Positions 45,070 through 54,892 are shown, counted from the first letter of the stretch. The stretch: DNA of 63,972 nt from Candidatus Saccharimonadia bacterium (GCA_041743505.1 JBGTMQ010000012.1:1-63972); one strand, 5' to 3'. The notes: a model not told the origin generated them from the sequence alone. A program made the numbers and translations.

Positions 45070-45603
45070 ATGAATGAATCTCCGTTCAATACAATAAAGC
45101 AAGGTGGCCTGAAAAGGGTTGCTCTCATCCTCGTGGCAGTATTAGTGGTCGGGCTGGGAGTCTGGTGGATTGCCACGACGGTGAAGGCGCAACAGGATGC
45201 CAAACAAAAAGCAGCCGATATCGAGGTGCAGGTGAAGCCGAAGACCGCCTATGTATCGCTGGATGTTTTGGGTCTGCGGTATAAATCGTCAGATTCGGCC
45301 GGCCAGGTATCCTACGATGTTACTACGATTGGTGACGTAAAGACGGTGCCACTCATTTCCAGCCGCCTGAAGCTGGCTGAATATAGTTGTGCGGGTGAGA
45401 ATACGGGCGAATTTGGCTATTTACTGGAAGTAACGCCCGCAGCCTTTGGTATCGAGCCGACTTACAAGAAGGTGGTCGGCGGCAAGACGTACGGCCTGGT
45501 CAGCACAACCCGGAAAGAATGCTTCAACGAAGAGTTGGTTAAACAATTTGGTGAGACCGTTCCGAAGGCGATTGTCGAGAGTTTGGAGCCGATCTCTCAG
45601 TAG
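45070..45603 (+). CDS. hypothetical membrane-anchored protein
   Basis: 177 aa with N-terminal TM VALILVAVLVVGLGVWWIA. A terminator follows. Confidence 0.6.
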   Translation: MNESPFNTIKQGGLKRVALILVAVLVVGLGVWWIATTVKAQQDAKQKAADIEVQVKPKTAYVSLDVLGLRYKSSDSAGQVSYDVTTIGDVKTVPLISSRLKLAEYSCAGENTGEFGYLLEVTPAAFGIEPTYKKVVGGKTYGLVSTTRKECFNEELVKQFGETVPKAIVESLEPISQ

Positions 45604-45664
45604 AGTTTGGCGAGTAGCGTTTTGGCGCTGAGCGGGATTATGATTGCGCGGGACTAAATGCTTT

Positions 45665-45714
45665 CCCCTGCTATACCTACTGAACTGAGGGCAGTAAGTA
45701 TAGCAGGGGTTTTT
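45665..45714 (+). terminator. rho-independent terminator
   Basis: 12-bp stem CCCCTGCTATAC / GTATAGCAGGGG with a 21-nt loop, followed by T5. Confidence 0.6.
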
Positions 45715-45778
45715 AATTGTGCCTTTGTTAAGGCATGATTTGGCTGCTGCATTTTGCCGACTGCCCTCAGTTCAGTAG
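45677..45778. repeat. 18-bp perfect inverted repeat whose left arm is the loop of the terminator
   Basis: CTACTGAACTGAGGGCAG (45677-45694) and CTGCCCTCAGTTCAGTAG (45761-45778). Confidence 0.6.
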
Positions 45779-45894
45779 GTACCCTATGTGAAGTGGCGCA
45801 AGATTGCTATGAGTAGGGTTGGGTCGTATGGAGCTGTTGGGGTGTGCCGTAGCCCGGGCTCCCTTCGGTCCAAGTACCATTCTGCGTAAAAGCT

Positions 45895-45921
45895 AAAAGC
45901 GGCCGAGGTGAGACCGCCTTT
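45895..45921 (-). terminator. terminator after the 1252-aa gene
   Basis: Minus-strand AAAGGCGG-loop-CCGCUUUU followed by AGCUUUU. Confidence 0.4.
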
Positions 45922-45947
45922 AGAGTGAGCGCCTTAGCCGACCGGGC

Positions 45948-48900
45948 CTACGGGGAGTAAACCGGTGTGGTTATCCGCTGGGTAGCACTGCCGTTGCAGT
46001 CGAAGATGACCATGCGGGTGTTATTGGCAGTGGCGCCATTTTGGGGCTGCAGACACCGGCCCGAGAAGGTGTTTTTTAGAGACCCGTTGGTCTGCGGCGT
46101 CCATTCCTGCTGTGCTTGCCCATTGCAATCCCATATCTGAACCGGCGTATTGTTGGCTTTGGCGAGGTTGGCCACTTCCATGCATTTACTCAGGACGCGG
46201 TAGGAACCGCTGCTTGAGCCGGCTTTCTTGAGGAAGTGGAATTGCTGAGCCGCGTTGCCGACGCAGCCAAACAGGTTCAGTGCATTGCCGTTGGCGGTGC
46301 CGAAGTTGTAGTCATCGACACACTTGCTGCTGGAACTGTGGACCAGCTGGCCGGTCGCTACAACGCCGCTCCACTTCTGATGAGCCAGGCCGTTGCAGTC
46401 CCAGATTTGCAGCCTGGCGCCGGTCTTGGTCGGGCTCTGTGGGGTGTCTGCGTCCAGGCATTTGTTGGAGTTTGGATTTAACCAGCTGCCGTCGGTGCGT
46501 TTTTGCCACTTCTGGGCGACGCCCCCATTACAGTTCCAGATGTGGACTTTAGTGCCACTTACCGTGCCGGAGCCGTTGACATCCAGGCACCGCCGCTCGC
46601 CATTAAGGTGCAATTCGCCGAGCGTGGTGCTGGCTTTGTCGTAGTGGAAGACCCATTCCTGGTTGCGGTGGGAGTTGCATGGCCCTACTTGGACAGGGTT
46701 ACCGTCGGCAACGGTATAGTTAGCATTTTCTATACAATAGTTGTTCACGCCATGTATGGCACCCACGCTACTGCTGTCCCGGCCAGTCATTTCCTTCCAA
46801 AGTTGCGGTGCGGATTTACCGGTTTTGGCTTGAAAAAATGAGTTGTCGTCGTAGGTGTTGGCGTACATAGAGGTGTTGAGATCACGCAGTAAGGTTGGCA
46901 GCTTGTAGGTGTTTTCCATCCACTTCATGAAGTAGGCCGCGACACTGTACGCATCGGTGTAAAGCTGGTGCGGGAGTGGGGCTGCCAGGTCGTGGGTTCG
47001 GTTGAAGTAGACCTCACCCTGTGAACGTGCCACACCCTCAGCGATCCACTTAGGAGCCCGGTCGGTGTAGTAATACTTGTTGTCTTGAACAATGTGGACT
47101 GATTCATGAATGGCTGGGCCAATATCCCCCTTGTTATTGCGGAAGTGGTCAATACCCATTGTCATGGTCTGGTTATTGCTACCTGTGCCACCGACGAAGG
47201 CGATTACGTTGGCGTTGCCCGCAAAGTTAGGGTCAAATTTGATAGTCATAGAACTGAATGGCGTATAACTGCCACGTGCCAGGGAGTCGGCAAGCTTGGG
47301 GTACCAGACCTCAAGCTCAGGGACGGCTACGGTCCGTGCCCACTCCCCCAGGTCTTCATAGCCACTGGGTGCGTTGATAGTAATGGACGGGATGCCGGTG
47401 GTGTTAGCTGCGGTCGGCTGGGTCACGGTTACGGCCGTGGTCAGGGGCGAGGTTTGACCAGCACTATTGACGACCTGGACCTGGTAGCGGTAGGTGGTAC
47501 CGGCAGTTACGGTCTTGTCGGTGAAGTAGGCGCCCCGCCGCTTGGAGTCAATGGCAGCCGTATCGGGCTTGGTGGTCCCGATCTTGACGTCATTGCGGTA
47601 GACGTTGTACTCCTTGACGGTGATGCCGGTGCTAGGATTCCAGTTCAGCGCGATGCTCGGACCGCCGGTGTAGACCTTGAGACCGGTGGGTGCCGTAAGG
47701 CTAGGTGACGGCGAAGCTGATGGCGATGAAGATGGGCTGGGGATCGGGGTGGCCGTAGGTGCGGGGGTCGAAGAAGAGGTTGGAGTCGGTGTAGCTGTGG
47801 CTGTGGCCGCCGGGGTAGGTGCGGGGGTGGGCGGAGTGCCGGCGGGTGTACTGAGCGCTGTGAACCAATTCTGGGCAGCACCGCCGTTACAGGTGCGGAT
47901 CTCTAACTTGGCTGCGCCCGCGCTGCTGCTGCCTACTGTCTGTAGACATTTGCCGGAGTTCGGGTTTTTGAGGCCGCCGTTGGTTTGCGGGACCCATTCC
48001 TGGGCGACGTTACCGACGCACTCCCAAAGGACGACCGCTGTGCCATCTGCTGTGCCAACGCCCGAGACGTCCATGCACTTGCCCAACGCACGCATGGCGT
48101 AGGTGTTAGCCTTGCCCTGAACGGGCATCGGGGCCCAGTCTTGGGCTTTATTGCCAACGCAATCCCAGAGTATCAACCTCGTGCCGTTGGTGGTGTTAAA
48201 GCTGTCGACGTCTACGCATTTATTCCCGATGCCGATAGCACTGCCGGTGAAGAGCGGGGCTTGCCACTTCTGCCAGACGCCATTATTGCAGTCCCAGATG
48301 ACAGTCTTGGTATTGTTGTCGCTGCGGCCGCCCTCGGTCTCGAGGCACTTATTGGCGTTGGGATTGCGCAAGCTTCCGTCCTGCTGAGCGACCCATCGCT
48401 GAGCTACCCCACCGGTACAAGCCGCCGCTTGGACCTTGGTACCGTTGGTTTTGCCGCCGCCGGCAACATCGAGGCATAGACCGCCCCAGTCAGACTTGAG
48501 GACGCCGGTATTGGTGCTGCCTTTGTCGTACGTGAATACCCATTTTTGCTGCCACTGGCCGTTGCAGTCGAGGAGCTGGAGTTGCGTACCGGCATTTTCG
48601 CTGGTATCAAGGCACCGGTTGGCGATGCCCCGGATCTCCGTGTAGTCGTCCGATATAAGGTTGCCCCGCATCTCTTTCCAGAGCTGGCTGATACTGCGGC
48701 CGGTGGTTTTGCGGGTGAAGTCGGCTGAATAGAAGTCGCCACGGTAGGTGTTTTTGTGCTTGGCGATCATGACCTTGCGGATAAACTGGTTGTCGTACTT
48801 TTCCTGGATCCAGTTTAGAAAATATGACCCGTCGGAGTAACCCGGGTATGGGGTGATGTTTTCTGCCGGGGCCCGTGGAGCTCGTTCGCGCATGAAGTAC

Positions 48901-49706
48901 TCGCGGGTCCAATCGGCGACACTTTCGGTGTACCACTTGGCGTTTTGAGATGTATCCCCGCTGTTAATGTGGTGCGTTAACTCGTGCATGAACATACCAA
49001 GGCTGTCTTTTTGGTGGTTGGGGTCCTTTATCCACTCTTGTTTGACGTTGACCTGGTTTTTGTCGTAGTTGGCGACATCTCCCGTGCCGTTAAGGCTGGT
49101 GTCGATGAAGATCTTGAAAGAAGTGCCGGGGGTGTAGTCGGGGTAGGCAACGGCGTCCGACAGCTTGGGGAACCAGGCTTCGATCTCAGGCTGGATATTA
49201 TTGACTAAAAAGTCGCGGACTTCTGGGGCTGCTGTGGTGTCGAAGGCAATGGTTGGCACAGGCGTGGTGCTGCGCGGATGCGTGGCGGAGACAGCGGCCG
49301 AAAGCTCTGAGGCACCATCGTTCGCGCCGACGGCCCTGACCTGGTACTTGTAGGTTGTGCCGGCAACGACGGTTTTATCCATGAAGGTGCGGGCGGTTTT
49401 ATCCTCAGTGGTTTCGCCCACACCCGGCGTGAGGGTGGCGACTTTGACGCCGTCGCGGAAGACCTCGTAATTCTTAACTGACGGGCCGGTACTAGCGTTC
49501 CAGATGAGGCCGATACTGTTACCACCGGTACGGGCAGCTACTTGCCCAGGAATAGCGGGTGTATCCGCTGCTGCCAAGGTTAAGGCCAATAAATACCCGG
49601 AGATACCAATGGCGACGGTAACTGCCAAGGTAAGCACCAGGTTGCGCCTTGATAATTTTATTGGTTGTTTAATTGTCTGTGCGTTGGCCTTTTTGTCGCT
49701 GTCCAT
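45948..49706 (-). CDS. large secreted surface protein: 2 x [FN3-like, BSP-type (PF04450-like) metallopeptidase-like domain, ricin-type beta-trefoil lectin domains] joined by a Pro/Thr linker
   Basis: 1252 aa. N-terminal anchor LVLTLAVTVAIGISGYLLAL; HExxH-like MFMHELTHHI and AIHESVHIVQD; many QxW lectin repeats (QQKWVF, QRWVAQ, QKWQA, QDWAP, QEWVP, QNWF; second half QEWVF, QKWQK, QKWSG, QQFHF, QEWTP); PT-rich linker encoded at about 47697-47850. Confidence 0.75.
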   Translation of the reverse strand: MDSDKKANAQTIKQPIKLSRRNLVLTLAVTVAIGISGYLLALTLAAADTPAIPGQVAARTGGNSIGLIWNASTGPSVKNYEVFRDGVKVATLTPGVGETTEDKTARTFMDKTVVAGTTYKYQVRAVGANDGASELSAAVSATHPRSTTPVPTIAFDTTAAPEVRDFLVNNIQPEIEAWFPKLSDAVAYPDYTPGTSFKIFIDTSLNGTGDVANYDKNQVNVKQEWIKDPNHQKDSLGMFMHELTHHINSGDTSQNAKWYTESVADWTREYFMRERAPRAPAENITPYPGYSDGSYFLNWIQEKYDNQFIRKVMIAKHKNTYRGDFYSADFTRKTTGRSISQLWKEMRGNLISDDYTEIRGIANRCLDTSENAGTQLQLLDCNGQWQQKWVFTYDKGSTNTGVLKSDWGGLCLDVAGGGKTNGTKVQAAACTGGVAQRWVAQQDGSLRNPNANKCLETEGGRSDNNTKTVIWDCNNGVWQKWQAPLFTGSAIGIGNKCVDVDSFNTTNGTRLILWDCVGNKAQDWAPMPVQGKANTYAMRALGKCMDVSGVGTADGTAVVLWECVGNVAQEWVPQTNGGLKNPNSGKCLQTVGSSSAGAAKLEIRTCNGGAAQNWFTALSTPAGTPPTPAPTPAATATATPTPTSSSTPAPTATPIPSPSSSPSASPSPSLTAPTGLKVYTGGPSIALNWNPSTGITVKEYNVYRNDVKIGTTKPDTAAIDSKRRGAYFTDKTVTAGTTYRYQVQVVNSAGQTSPLTTAVTVTQPTAANTTGIPSITINAPSGYEDLGEWARTVAVPELEVWYPKLADSLARGSYTPFSSMTIKFDPNFAGNANVIAFVGGTGSNNQTMTMGIDHFRNNKGDIGPAIHESVHIVQDNKYYYTDRAPKWIAEGVARSQGEVYFNRTHDLAAPLPHQLYTDAYSVAAYFMKWMENTYKLPTLLRDLNTSMYANTYDDNSFFQAKTGKSAPQLWKEMTGRDSSSVGAIHGVNNYCIENANYTVADGNPVQVGPCNSHRNQEWVFHYDKASTTLGELHLNGERRCLDVNGSGTVSGTKVHIWNCNGGVAQKWQKRTDGSWLNPNSNKCLDADTPQSPTKTGARLQIWDCNGLAHQKWSGVVATGQLVHSSSSKCVDDYNFGTANGNALNLFGCVGNAAQQFHFLKKAGSSSGSYRVLSKCMEVANLAKANNTPVQIWDCNGQAQQEWTPQTNGSLKNTFSGRCLQPQNGATANNTRMVIFDCNGSATQRITTPVYSP

Positions 49707-49821
49707 TGAAGATATAGTCCCACCACTTATAGCTAACTTTGTCTTTATTTAACCATAAGCACAATAGTGGGCGCAAGGTTTTATATAGCATATGGGCTGA
49801 TGTAAGCCAAAATATATTAAG

Positions 49822-49850
49822 CCCTCAGCCGGAAATGTAGCGGCTGGGGG
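49822..49850 (-). terminator. terminator after 49883..50296
   Basis: Stem CCCTCAGCCG / CGGCTGGGGG, followed on the minus strand by a U-rich run. Confidence 0.5.
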
Positions 49851-49882
49851 CTGGAAGCGGTTTCCCGCTGACATGGGGGTGA

Positions 49883-50296
49883 CTAGGCTGGCTGCCAGTG
49901 TGTCACCGAAATTTGTGACCGGCTGATGCCCAGCCTGGCAAAGATGCCGCGGTGGTCGGTGTCGCTGAAGGCGTTTTTACGCGCCTGGAAGAAGGCCTGG
50001 TCGACCCAGTCGATCTGGAAACTGAGATTGCCTCCGCCGTCTGGATGCCGCTCGCAGTAGACACCTCCCCAATGGTAGAGGATGCCGGAGCGGGCCGTCA
50101 GTTTGGCTCCGAAGGCCCGCATCTCTTCGATGCAAACCCCGAGCGTGGCGTCGTTCGGGAGGGTGATGTGGCAGACCGACATGGCGCAAACCGATTCAGG
50201 CGAGTAGCTATTCAGGGGCGAAGCCGGTGGTACAACTAGTTCCAGGGTGCTGGCCGACGATGCCAGTACGGCTGTGTCCATTTCCGAAGCCTCCAC
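49883..50296 (-). CDS. hypothetical protein
   Basis: 137-aa ORF with a terminator downstream. No recognisable motif. Confidence 0.5.
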   Translation of the reverse strand: MEASEMDTAVLASSASTLELVVPPASPLNSYSPESVCAMSVCHITLPNDATLGVCIEEMRAFGAKLTARSGILYHWGGVYCERHPDGGGNLSFQIDWVDQAFFQARKNAFSDTDHRGIFARLGISRSQISVTHWQPA

Positions 50297-50386
50297 TATA
50301 TCGACTCAATGCGCGGTGCATTAAGTTATCCGTCATTATAACTGATTTGACGCTTTGGCAGCGATACAGCCGACAGCCCCTCAAGA

Positions 50387-50608
50387 CTATCGGGTTACTT
50401 CTATTTTGTAGGGAGCGACATGCCTCCAGATAGTTGTAAGGGCGACCCGCAGCAGCATTATACCTCCGAGGAAAATCGCGATTGTCGCTACGATGCCCAC
50501 CGTGCGGAGGAGTAGATAGAGGCCTCCGAATGTCAGCGGTGTTCCGACCATTGCAGTCCCGATCATGATTGTCAGACCGAACAGGATATTCCAACCCAGG
50601 GTGCGCAT
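50387..50608 (-). CDS. small membrane protein (2 TM)
   Basis: 73 aa. ILFGLTIMIGTAMVG and IVATIAIFLGGIMLL. Confidence 0.45.
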   Translation of the reverse strand: MRTLGWNILFGLTIMIGTAMVGTPLTFGGLYLLLRTVGIVATIAIFLGGIMLLRVALTTIWRHVAPYKIEVTR

Positions 50609-50673
50609 TAGAGGTCCTTTCAGCGTTCCTAAGGGATGTAGTATTGAACGGTAGTATATTATACCATGTTTTG

Positions 50674-51312
50674 TTAACTTTTCCCTACCGAACCAACTTG
50701 CATTTCTTGCCCGTCTCCTGCATGGGCCTGAACGTGTATCTGGTTACCGGCCTGAAGGCCATCTATCGTGGCGTGACTCACTGGCGGTTTATCTGGGGAT
50801 TTAACGAAGACCGCCCCAATGATGGTTGCTTGAGGGTCGCCATACCTGGGGTGGACCCTGGTTAGTCCCATGAGATAGGTATTACCATCCGGACCTTGAG
50901 TTACCGCCGGATTGAAGATCAGCACCTCGCCTTGTGGCCGGATATCAATGGAGGTCGGGTCAATTTCGGGCGCATTTTCATCAGGGGCCGTGAGGAGCTG
51001 ATCTGCTTCCGGGACTCGTATGGTTCCGCTATAAAACTCCACGGTATTGCCAGGTGTTATGAGGTTCTGAACAGTCTCGGGAACTTGCTCGGAGGCTTTT
51101 TGGATATTCGGATGTTCGCTAATTACCTCAATCAGGTTGTCTGTTTCCCATGCTACTCTTGCCGCGGCGAGACCCACAAGAAAAAGTGCCGCAACGCCTT
51201 TCTTGTCGAGGCGAAGCGGAATTAAACGGCGTTTTTCGGGGGCTTTTTCGGCGCCAAGTTCGCTATTGGTTACTGATCCACCTGGGTTGAAGCCATCTTC
51301 TGGGTTTGACAT
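50674..51312 (-). CDS. hypothetical membrane-anchored protein (paralogue of 51475..52098)
   Basis: 212 aa. TM VAALFLVGLAAARVAW. Shares VEFY.GT.RV, DP.SIDIRP.GEV.I.NP.V.QGPDG.YLMGL and KPPVS.AT..GLQ with its neighbour. Confidence 0.6.
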   Translation of the reverse strand: MSNPEDGFNPGGSVTNSELGAEKAPEKRRLIPLRLDKKGVAALFLVGLAAARVAWETDNLIEVISEHPNIQKASEQVPETVQNLITPGNTVEFYSGTIRVPEADQLLTAPDENAPEIDPTSIDIRPQGEVLIFNPAVTQGPDGNTYLMGLTRVHPRYGDPQATIIGAVFVKSPDKPPVSHATIDGLQAGNQIHVQAHAGDGQEMQVGSVGKS

Positions 51313-51474
51313 GTGAGATCCTATTCTTTAATCGTTGGGCTGCTCAATTTGCCGGCATGATTCTGCGGCCTTTTGGGCTAGCTCCTGGTTGTTGTTACGC
51401 AACGCAACGGGTATCATCCCGGCTCTCTGTGATGGAGCGCTAACTAATATTTGTAAATCGATCCCCTCTATGAG

Positions 51475-52098
51475 CTACCCCTGTTCTACTGTGGCGACTG
51501 ATATTTGATCACCTTCTGGTGCTTGGGCCTGCACGCGCAGCTCGTTGTGGCCGCTCATCTGAAGGCCTTGTGTGGTGGCCTGGCTGACTGGCGGCTTTTC
51601 TGGCACCGCAATGAATACGCCTGTCACTGCTGCTGCCTGAGGATGCTCGGGTTGCGAGTTTCCCCCGGCCAGACCCATCAAGTACGTTCCATCCGGGCCT
51701 TGAATGACCGTCGGGTTGAGAATTACAACCTCTCCATGCGGCCGGATGTCGATTGAGGCTGGATCCACGGGCTGCGCATGCGCAGCAGGCGCGTTGAGCA
51801 ATTGACCCTCTGAAACCCTGACAGTCCCATGGTAAAACTCTACTTTGCTACCCGGAGTGACGAGATCCTGAACGAGGCCCGGTACTTCCGCCGCGGCTGC
51901 TTTGGCATCTTGCTGGCCTTCGATGTAATTTGCGCCAGCTTCTATTGTCATGGCCGCAAGACCGATAGCGCTGCCGGTCACAATCATAACCTTGGGGACA
52001 GTGCGCCAGTCGCGCTTGTCGCAGGTATCTTCGGCCGATTGTCTACTACGCGGTCTTAGCCGCTCGTCGGGTATGTTTTCATCTTCTGGGCCCGGCAT
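51475..52098 (-). CDS. hypothetical membrane-anchored protein (paralogue of 50674..51312)
   Basis: 207 aa; see 50674..51312. Confidence 0.6.
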   Translation of the reverse strand: MPGPEDENIPDERLRPRSRQSAEDTCDKRDWRTVPKVMIVTGSAIGLAAMTIEAGANYIEGQQDAKAAAAEVPGLVQDLVTPGSKVEFYHGTVRVSEGQLLNAPAAHAQPVDPASIDIRPHGEVVILNPTVIQGPDGTYLMGLAGGNSQPEHPQAAAVTGVFIAVPEKPPVSQATTQGLQMSGHNELRVQAQAPEGDQISVATVEQG

Positions 52099-52140
52099 CG
52101 AGTGTTCCCTTTTATGATTGTTATGGTAAGCATAGCACTC

Positions 52141-53103
52141 CTAAGCTACCTCAATAACTACGTTGCCGGTTTTCTGCCCCGTTTCGACGTACCTAGAGGC
52201 TTCAATAATCTGATCTAGTGGATATGTCCGGTCTATCACCGGTTTGTAGGCGCCGGACTCTATGAGCTGTTTGATATATTCCATGGTTTCTTTGTTAATT
52301 TTGGGTATGGGGAATATGACCCGCCGGCTGCCGGTAATGGCAAACCAGATGGCCAGGAGTGGGTTTTGTCCACCAGGGCCAAGTTCCGTGGAGCAATACT
52401 TCCCTGTTGGTTTCAGCACGTTCTTGCAGGCGCCGTATGTGCTTTTGCCTACGGCATCAAATGCAAAGTCAAACCTGTCATCTACTTTGGTAAAGTCCTC
52501 GGTTTCATAATCTATAACGTTATCCGCGCCCAGAGATTTCACGAGTTCGACGTTCTTGGTGCCGCAAACTGCGACCACTTCCGCTCCCAAGTGTTTGACG
52601 ATTTGGACGGCGGCTGAGCCAATGGCGCCTGAAGCACCATAGACCAGTACCTTTTGACCTTTTTTGACCTCTCCAGCTTTGATGATGCTGAGCGCATACG
52701 TCGCGCCTTCGCCGGCCGGGGCTAACTCCTGGTAGCCGAATCCCTTGGGCATTTTTGCGATGGACCCGCCGGCTGCTACAGCCATGTACTCCGCGTGCGC
52801 ACCGGACCGCACATCCTCAAACCCAAAGACGTTGTCGCCGATGCTAAATTCCGTGACATCCGCGCCTACTTCCACCACCTTGCCGGCAAATTCGCTGCCC
52901 GCGATGAGTTTCCGGGGTTTTGTGAGCCCGGTAACTACCCGCGATACAAAATACTTGGCGCTCCTAAAACCGGTATCGGTACGGTTTACGGTAGCGGCGT
53001 GTATTTGGATCAGGACCTCGTTGTTCTTGGGTACGGGTTTTTCTACGACCTTGATCTGAAGCACTTCGGGAGACCCGTATTCTGTGTAAACTACTGCTTT
53101 CAT
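52141..53103 (-). CDS. zinc-type/MDR-family NAD(P)-dependent oxidoreductase (quinone oxidoreductase-like)
   Basis: 320 aa. MKAVVYTEYGSPEVLQ, Rossmann motif VLVYGASGAIGSAAVQ. Confidence 0.8.
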   Translation of the reverse strand: MKAVVYTEYGSPEVLQIKVVEKPVPKNNEVLIQIHAATVNRTDTGFRSAKYFVSRVVTGLTKPRKLIAGSEFAGKVVEVGADVTEFSIGDNVFGFEDVRSGAHAEYMAVAAGGSIAKMPKGFGYQELAPAGEGATYALSIIKAGEVKKGQKVLVYGASGAIGSAAVQIVKHLGAEVVAVCGTKNVELVKSLGADNVIDYETEDFTKVDDRFDFAFDAVGKSTYGACKNVLKPTGKYCSTELGPGGQNPLLAIWFAITGSRRVIFPIPKINKETMEYIKQLIESGAYKPVIDRTYPLDQIIEASRYVETGQKTGNVVIEVA

Positions 53104-53173
53104 GGCTTAATTATAACAAAAGTGACTTTGGCTATTTGTAATAAGACTCCTAAATAAAAAAGCCCAATGGGAC

Positions 53174-53983
53174 TTATAAATCGGTTATTGGGTTACTAAA
53201 TTGATACTCCCTTGCCTGTTTTAGAATCTCTATACGCAAAGCCGTCGGAAGCTTAGTCTCAAGGGGACGCCAAAACTCAAGAGTGGGTGGTCCTTCAATT
53301 TCCATTCGTGTTCCGTCTCGCCAAGCAGCATCAAATCCAAGTCGCCACGAATGAAGGCAAGTTTGCCAACCTGCCCCCAGCTCTGTTTTGCCAAACAGCG
53401 GGTCTCCAAAAATTGGATGGCCAATCCAGGCAAAATGAATGCGTATTTGCTGCTTCCTCCCGGTGAACGGCTCAGCCAAAATTAGAGAGAAATCAGAGTC
53501 GCTCCAAAGAGTAGCGAACCTGGTAACCGATGGATACACCTTCTTGTCAGGGAGGTAGTCATGTAGCGGTACCCACCAATGACTTTTTTGATCGTCGTAC
53601 TGGATGTTTCCTCTAGGGCCAGCGACGCGAACTAGCCCTTTCCTACCAGAAGTTAGCGGAAGGTCTATGACTCCTTCGGATGGCAGCCCAACTGTTTTCG
53701 TGATGAGTAGGTAACGTTTATCAACAGTTCTTTTGTTAAATTGCCGGGTAAGCTTGCCATGAACCTGGAGATTCTTAGCGAAGAGCACTACCCCGGTTGT
53801 CACCTTGTCTATCCGGTGCACGGGAAATAGTTGCTCTTTGGCCTCGCTGGCTAACCCTGCCATATCAGTCTCGTGACTATCCCCTACTACCGAAATGTTG
53901 GCGGGTTTGTTCAGCGCAAGTATAGCAGAGTCCTCTAGTATGACTGAGTGACTTCGAAGCTCGGCCCAATTCAATTCAGGCAT
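53174..53983 (-). CDS. RluA-family pseudouridine synthase
   Basis: 269 aa with catalytic motif HRIDKVTTGVVLFAK and GRKQQIRIHFA. Confidence 0.8.
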   Translation of the reverse strand: MPELNWAELRSHSVILEDSAILALNKPANISVVGDSHETDMAGLASEAKEQLFPVHRIDKVTTGVVLFAKNLQVHGKLTRQFNKRTVDKRYLLITKTVGLPSEGVIDLPLTSGRKGLVRVAGPRGNIQYDDQKSHWWVPLHDYLPDKKVYPSVTRFATLWSDSDFSLILAEPFTGRKQQIRIHFAWIGHPIFGDPLFGKTELGAGWQTCLHSWRLGFDAAWRDGTRMEIEGPPTLEFWRPLETKLPTALRIEILKQAREYQFSNPITDL

Positions 53984-54040
53984 TGCCTGGGGCCCCTAAG
54001 TTGAAAACGATTGTACGAATCTTTTTCATTATCTTTCTCT

Positions 54041-54892
54041 TTATTGAACGACTACGTCTTTAAGTGTTGCTTTGGCGCCTTTGAGCAGTGCGTAGGTCAG
54101 CTTGTCCATTGTCGCACCGTCAAAGATGGCGTGTTTCACGGCTGTATGATGGAATGATACATTGCGCAGTACAGCACCCCGGAATGATGCTTTCTTAAGT
54201 GACGAACTGTTAAAAGTAACCCCCTCCAAGACTAAACCATCGAACGAAATGCCAGACAAATCAGACTTACTAAACTCGGTATTGAGTAGTTTTGTGCCGA
54301 CGAACGTGGCGCCTTTTAGTGCTGAGGCATTGAGCTTAGCATCGGTCAGGTCGGCTTTGTTAAAATTCACATTCTGAAGATCACTACTACTAAAAACTGC
54401 GTTTTTCAAGTTAGCCTCGACAAAGCTTGCTGCGTTTAGCGCTGCTGCTTTGAACTTCGCATCGTGTAAGTCCGCCCTATCGAAAGATGCTCCCGCGAGG
54501 GCGCTCATGCTGAAGTCCTTGCCTGCAAGATCAGTGCCGGTCAGATCCGCCTGCGTCAAAACTGAGGCTTTTGCCGTCGACTTGCTTCCTGAAACTTCTT
54601 TTATGCCATCGACAATTGTCTTATATAAACTGGATTCAGCCTTGTCTTCACCTGTAGGGTTTGTTCCACCCTTTGCTATGTTATGGGGGACTTGTTCCAT
54701 AATTTCAGAAACATCGCCGAATGAATCGACCGTCACTTGGTATGCTTCATCGTCGCTCTTACCCTGCTTTTTTAGGTCATTAAATTTCTCGAGTAGGTTA
54801 GCGAGCAGTTCCTGAGTGACATCTGCTCGTGCAGGAAAGTCACCGTATGGTGCAAATGCTTCATCTAAAAATTGTGATAGTTTCTTTTCCAT
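54041..54892 (-). CDS. pentapeptide-repeat protein with PadR-associated N-terminal helical domain
   Basis: 283 aa. N-terminus like DUF1700-type partners of PadR. The C-terminal half is A(D/N)LxG-type pentapeptide repeats (ADLTGTDLAGKDFS, ADLHDAKF, ANLKNAVF, ...). Confidence 0.75.
   Translation of the reverse strand: MEKKLSQFLDEAFAPYGDFPARADVTQELLANLLEKFNDLKKQGKSDDEAYQVTVDSFGDVSEIMEQVPHNIAKGGTNPTGEDKAESSLYKTIVDGIKEVSGSKSTAKASVLTQADLTGTDLAGKDFSMSALAGASFDRADLHDAKFKAAALNAASFVEANLKNAVFSSSDLQNVNFNKADLTDAKLNASALKGATFVGTKLLNTEFSKSDLSGISFDGLVLEGVTFNSSSLKKASFRGAVLRNVSFHHTAVKHAIFDGATMDKLTYALLKGAKATLKDVVVQ

Noticed and set aside
47697-47850. Repetitive GC-rich stretch that could be mistaken for a tandem repeat or array
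   Set aside because: It is in frame within the 1252-aa gene and encodes a Pro/Thr/Ser/Ala linker between the two duplicated halves. It has no spacer-repeat periodicity.
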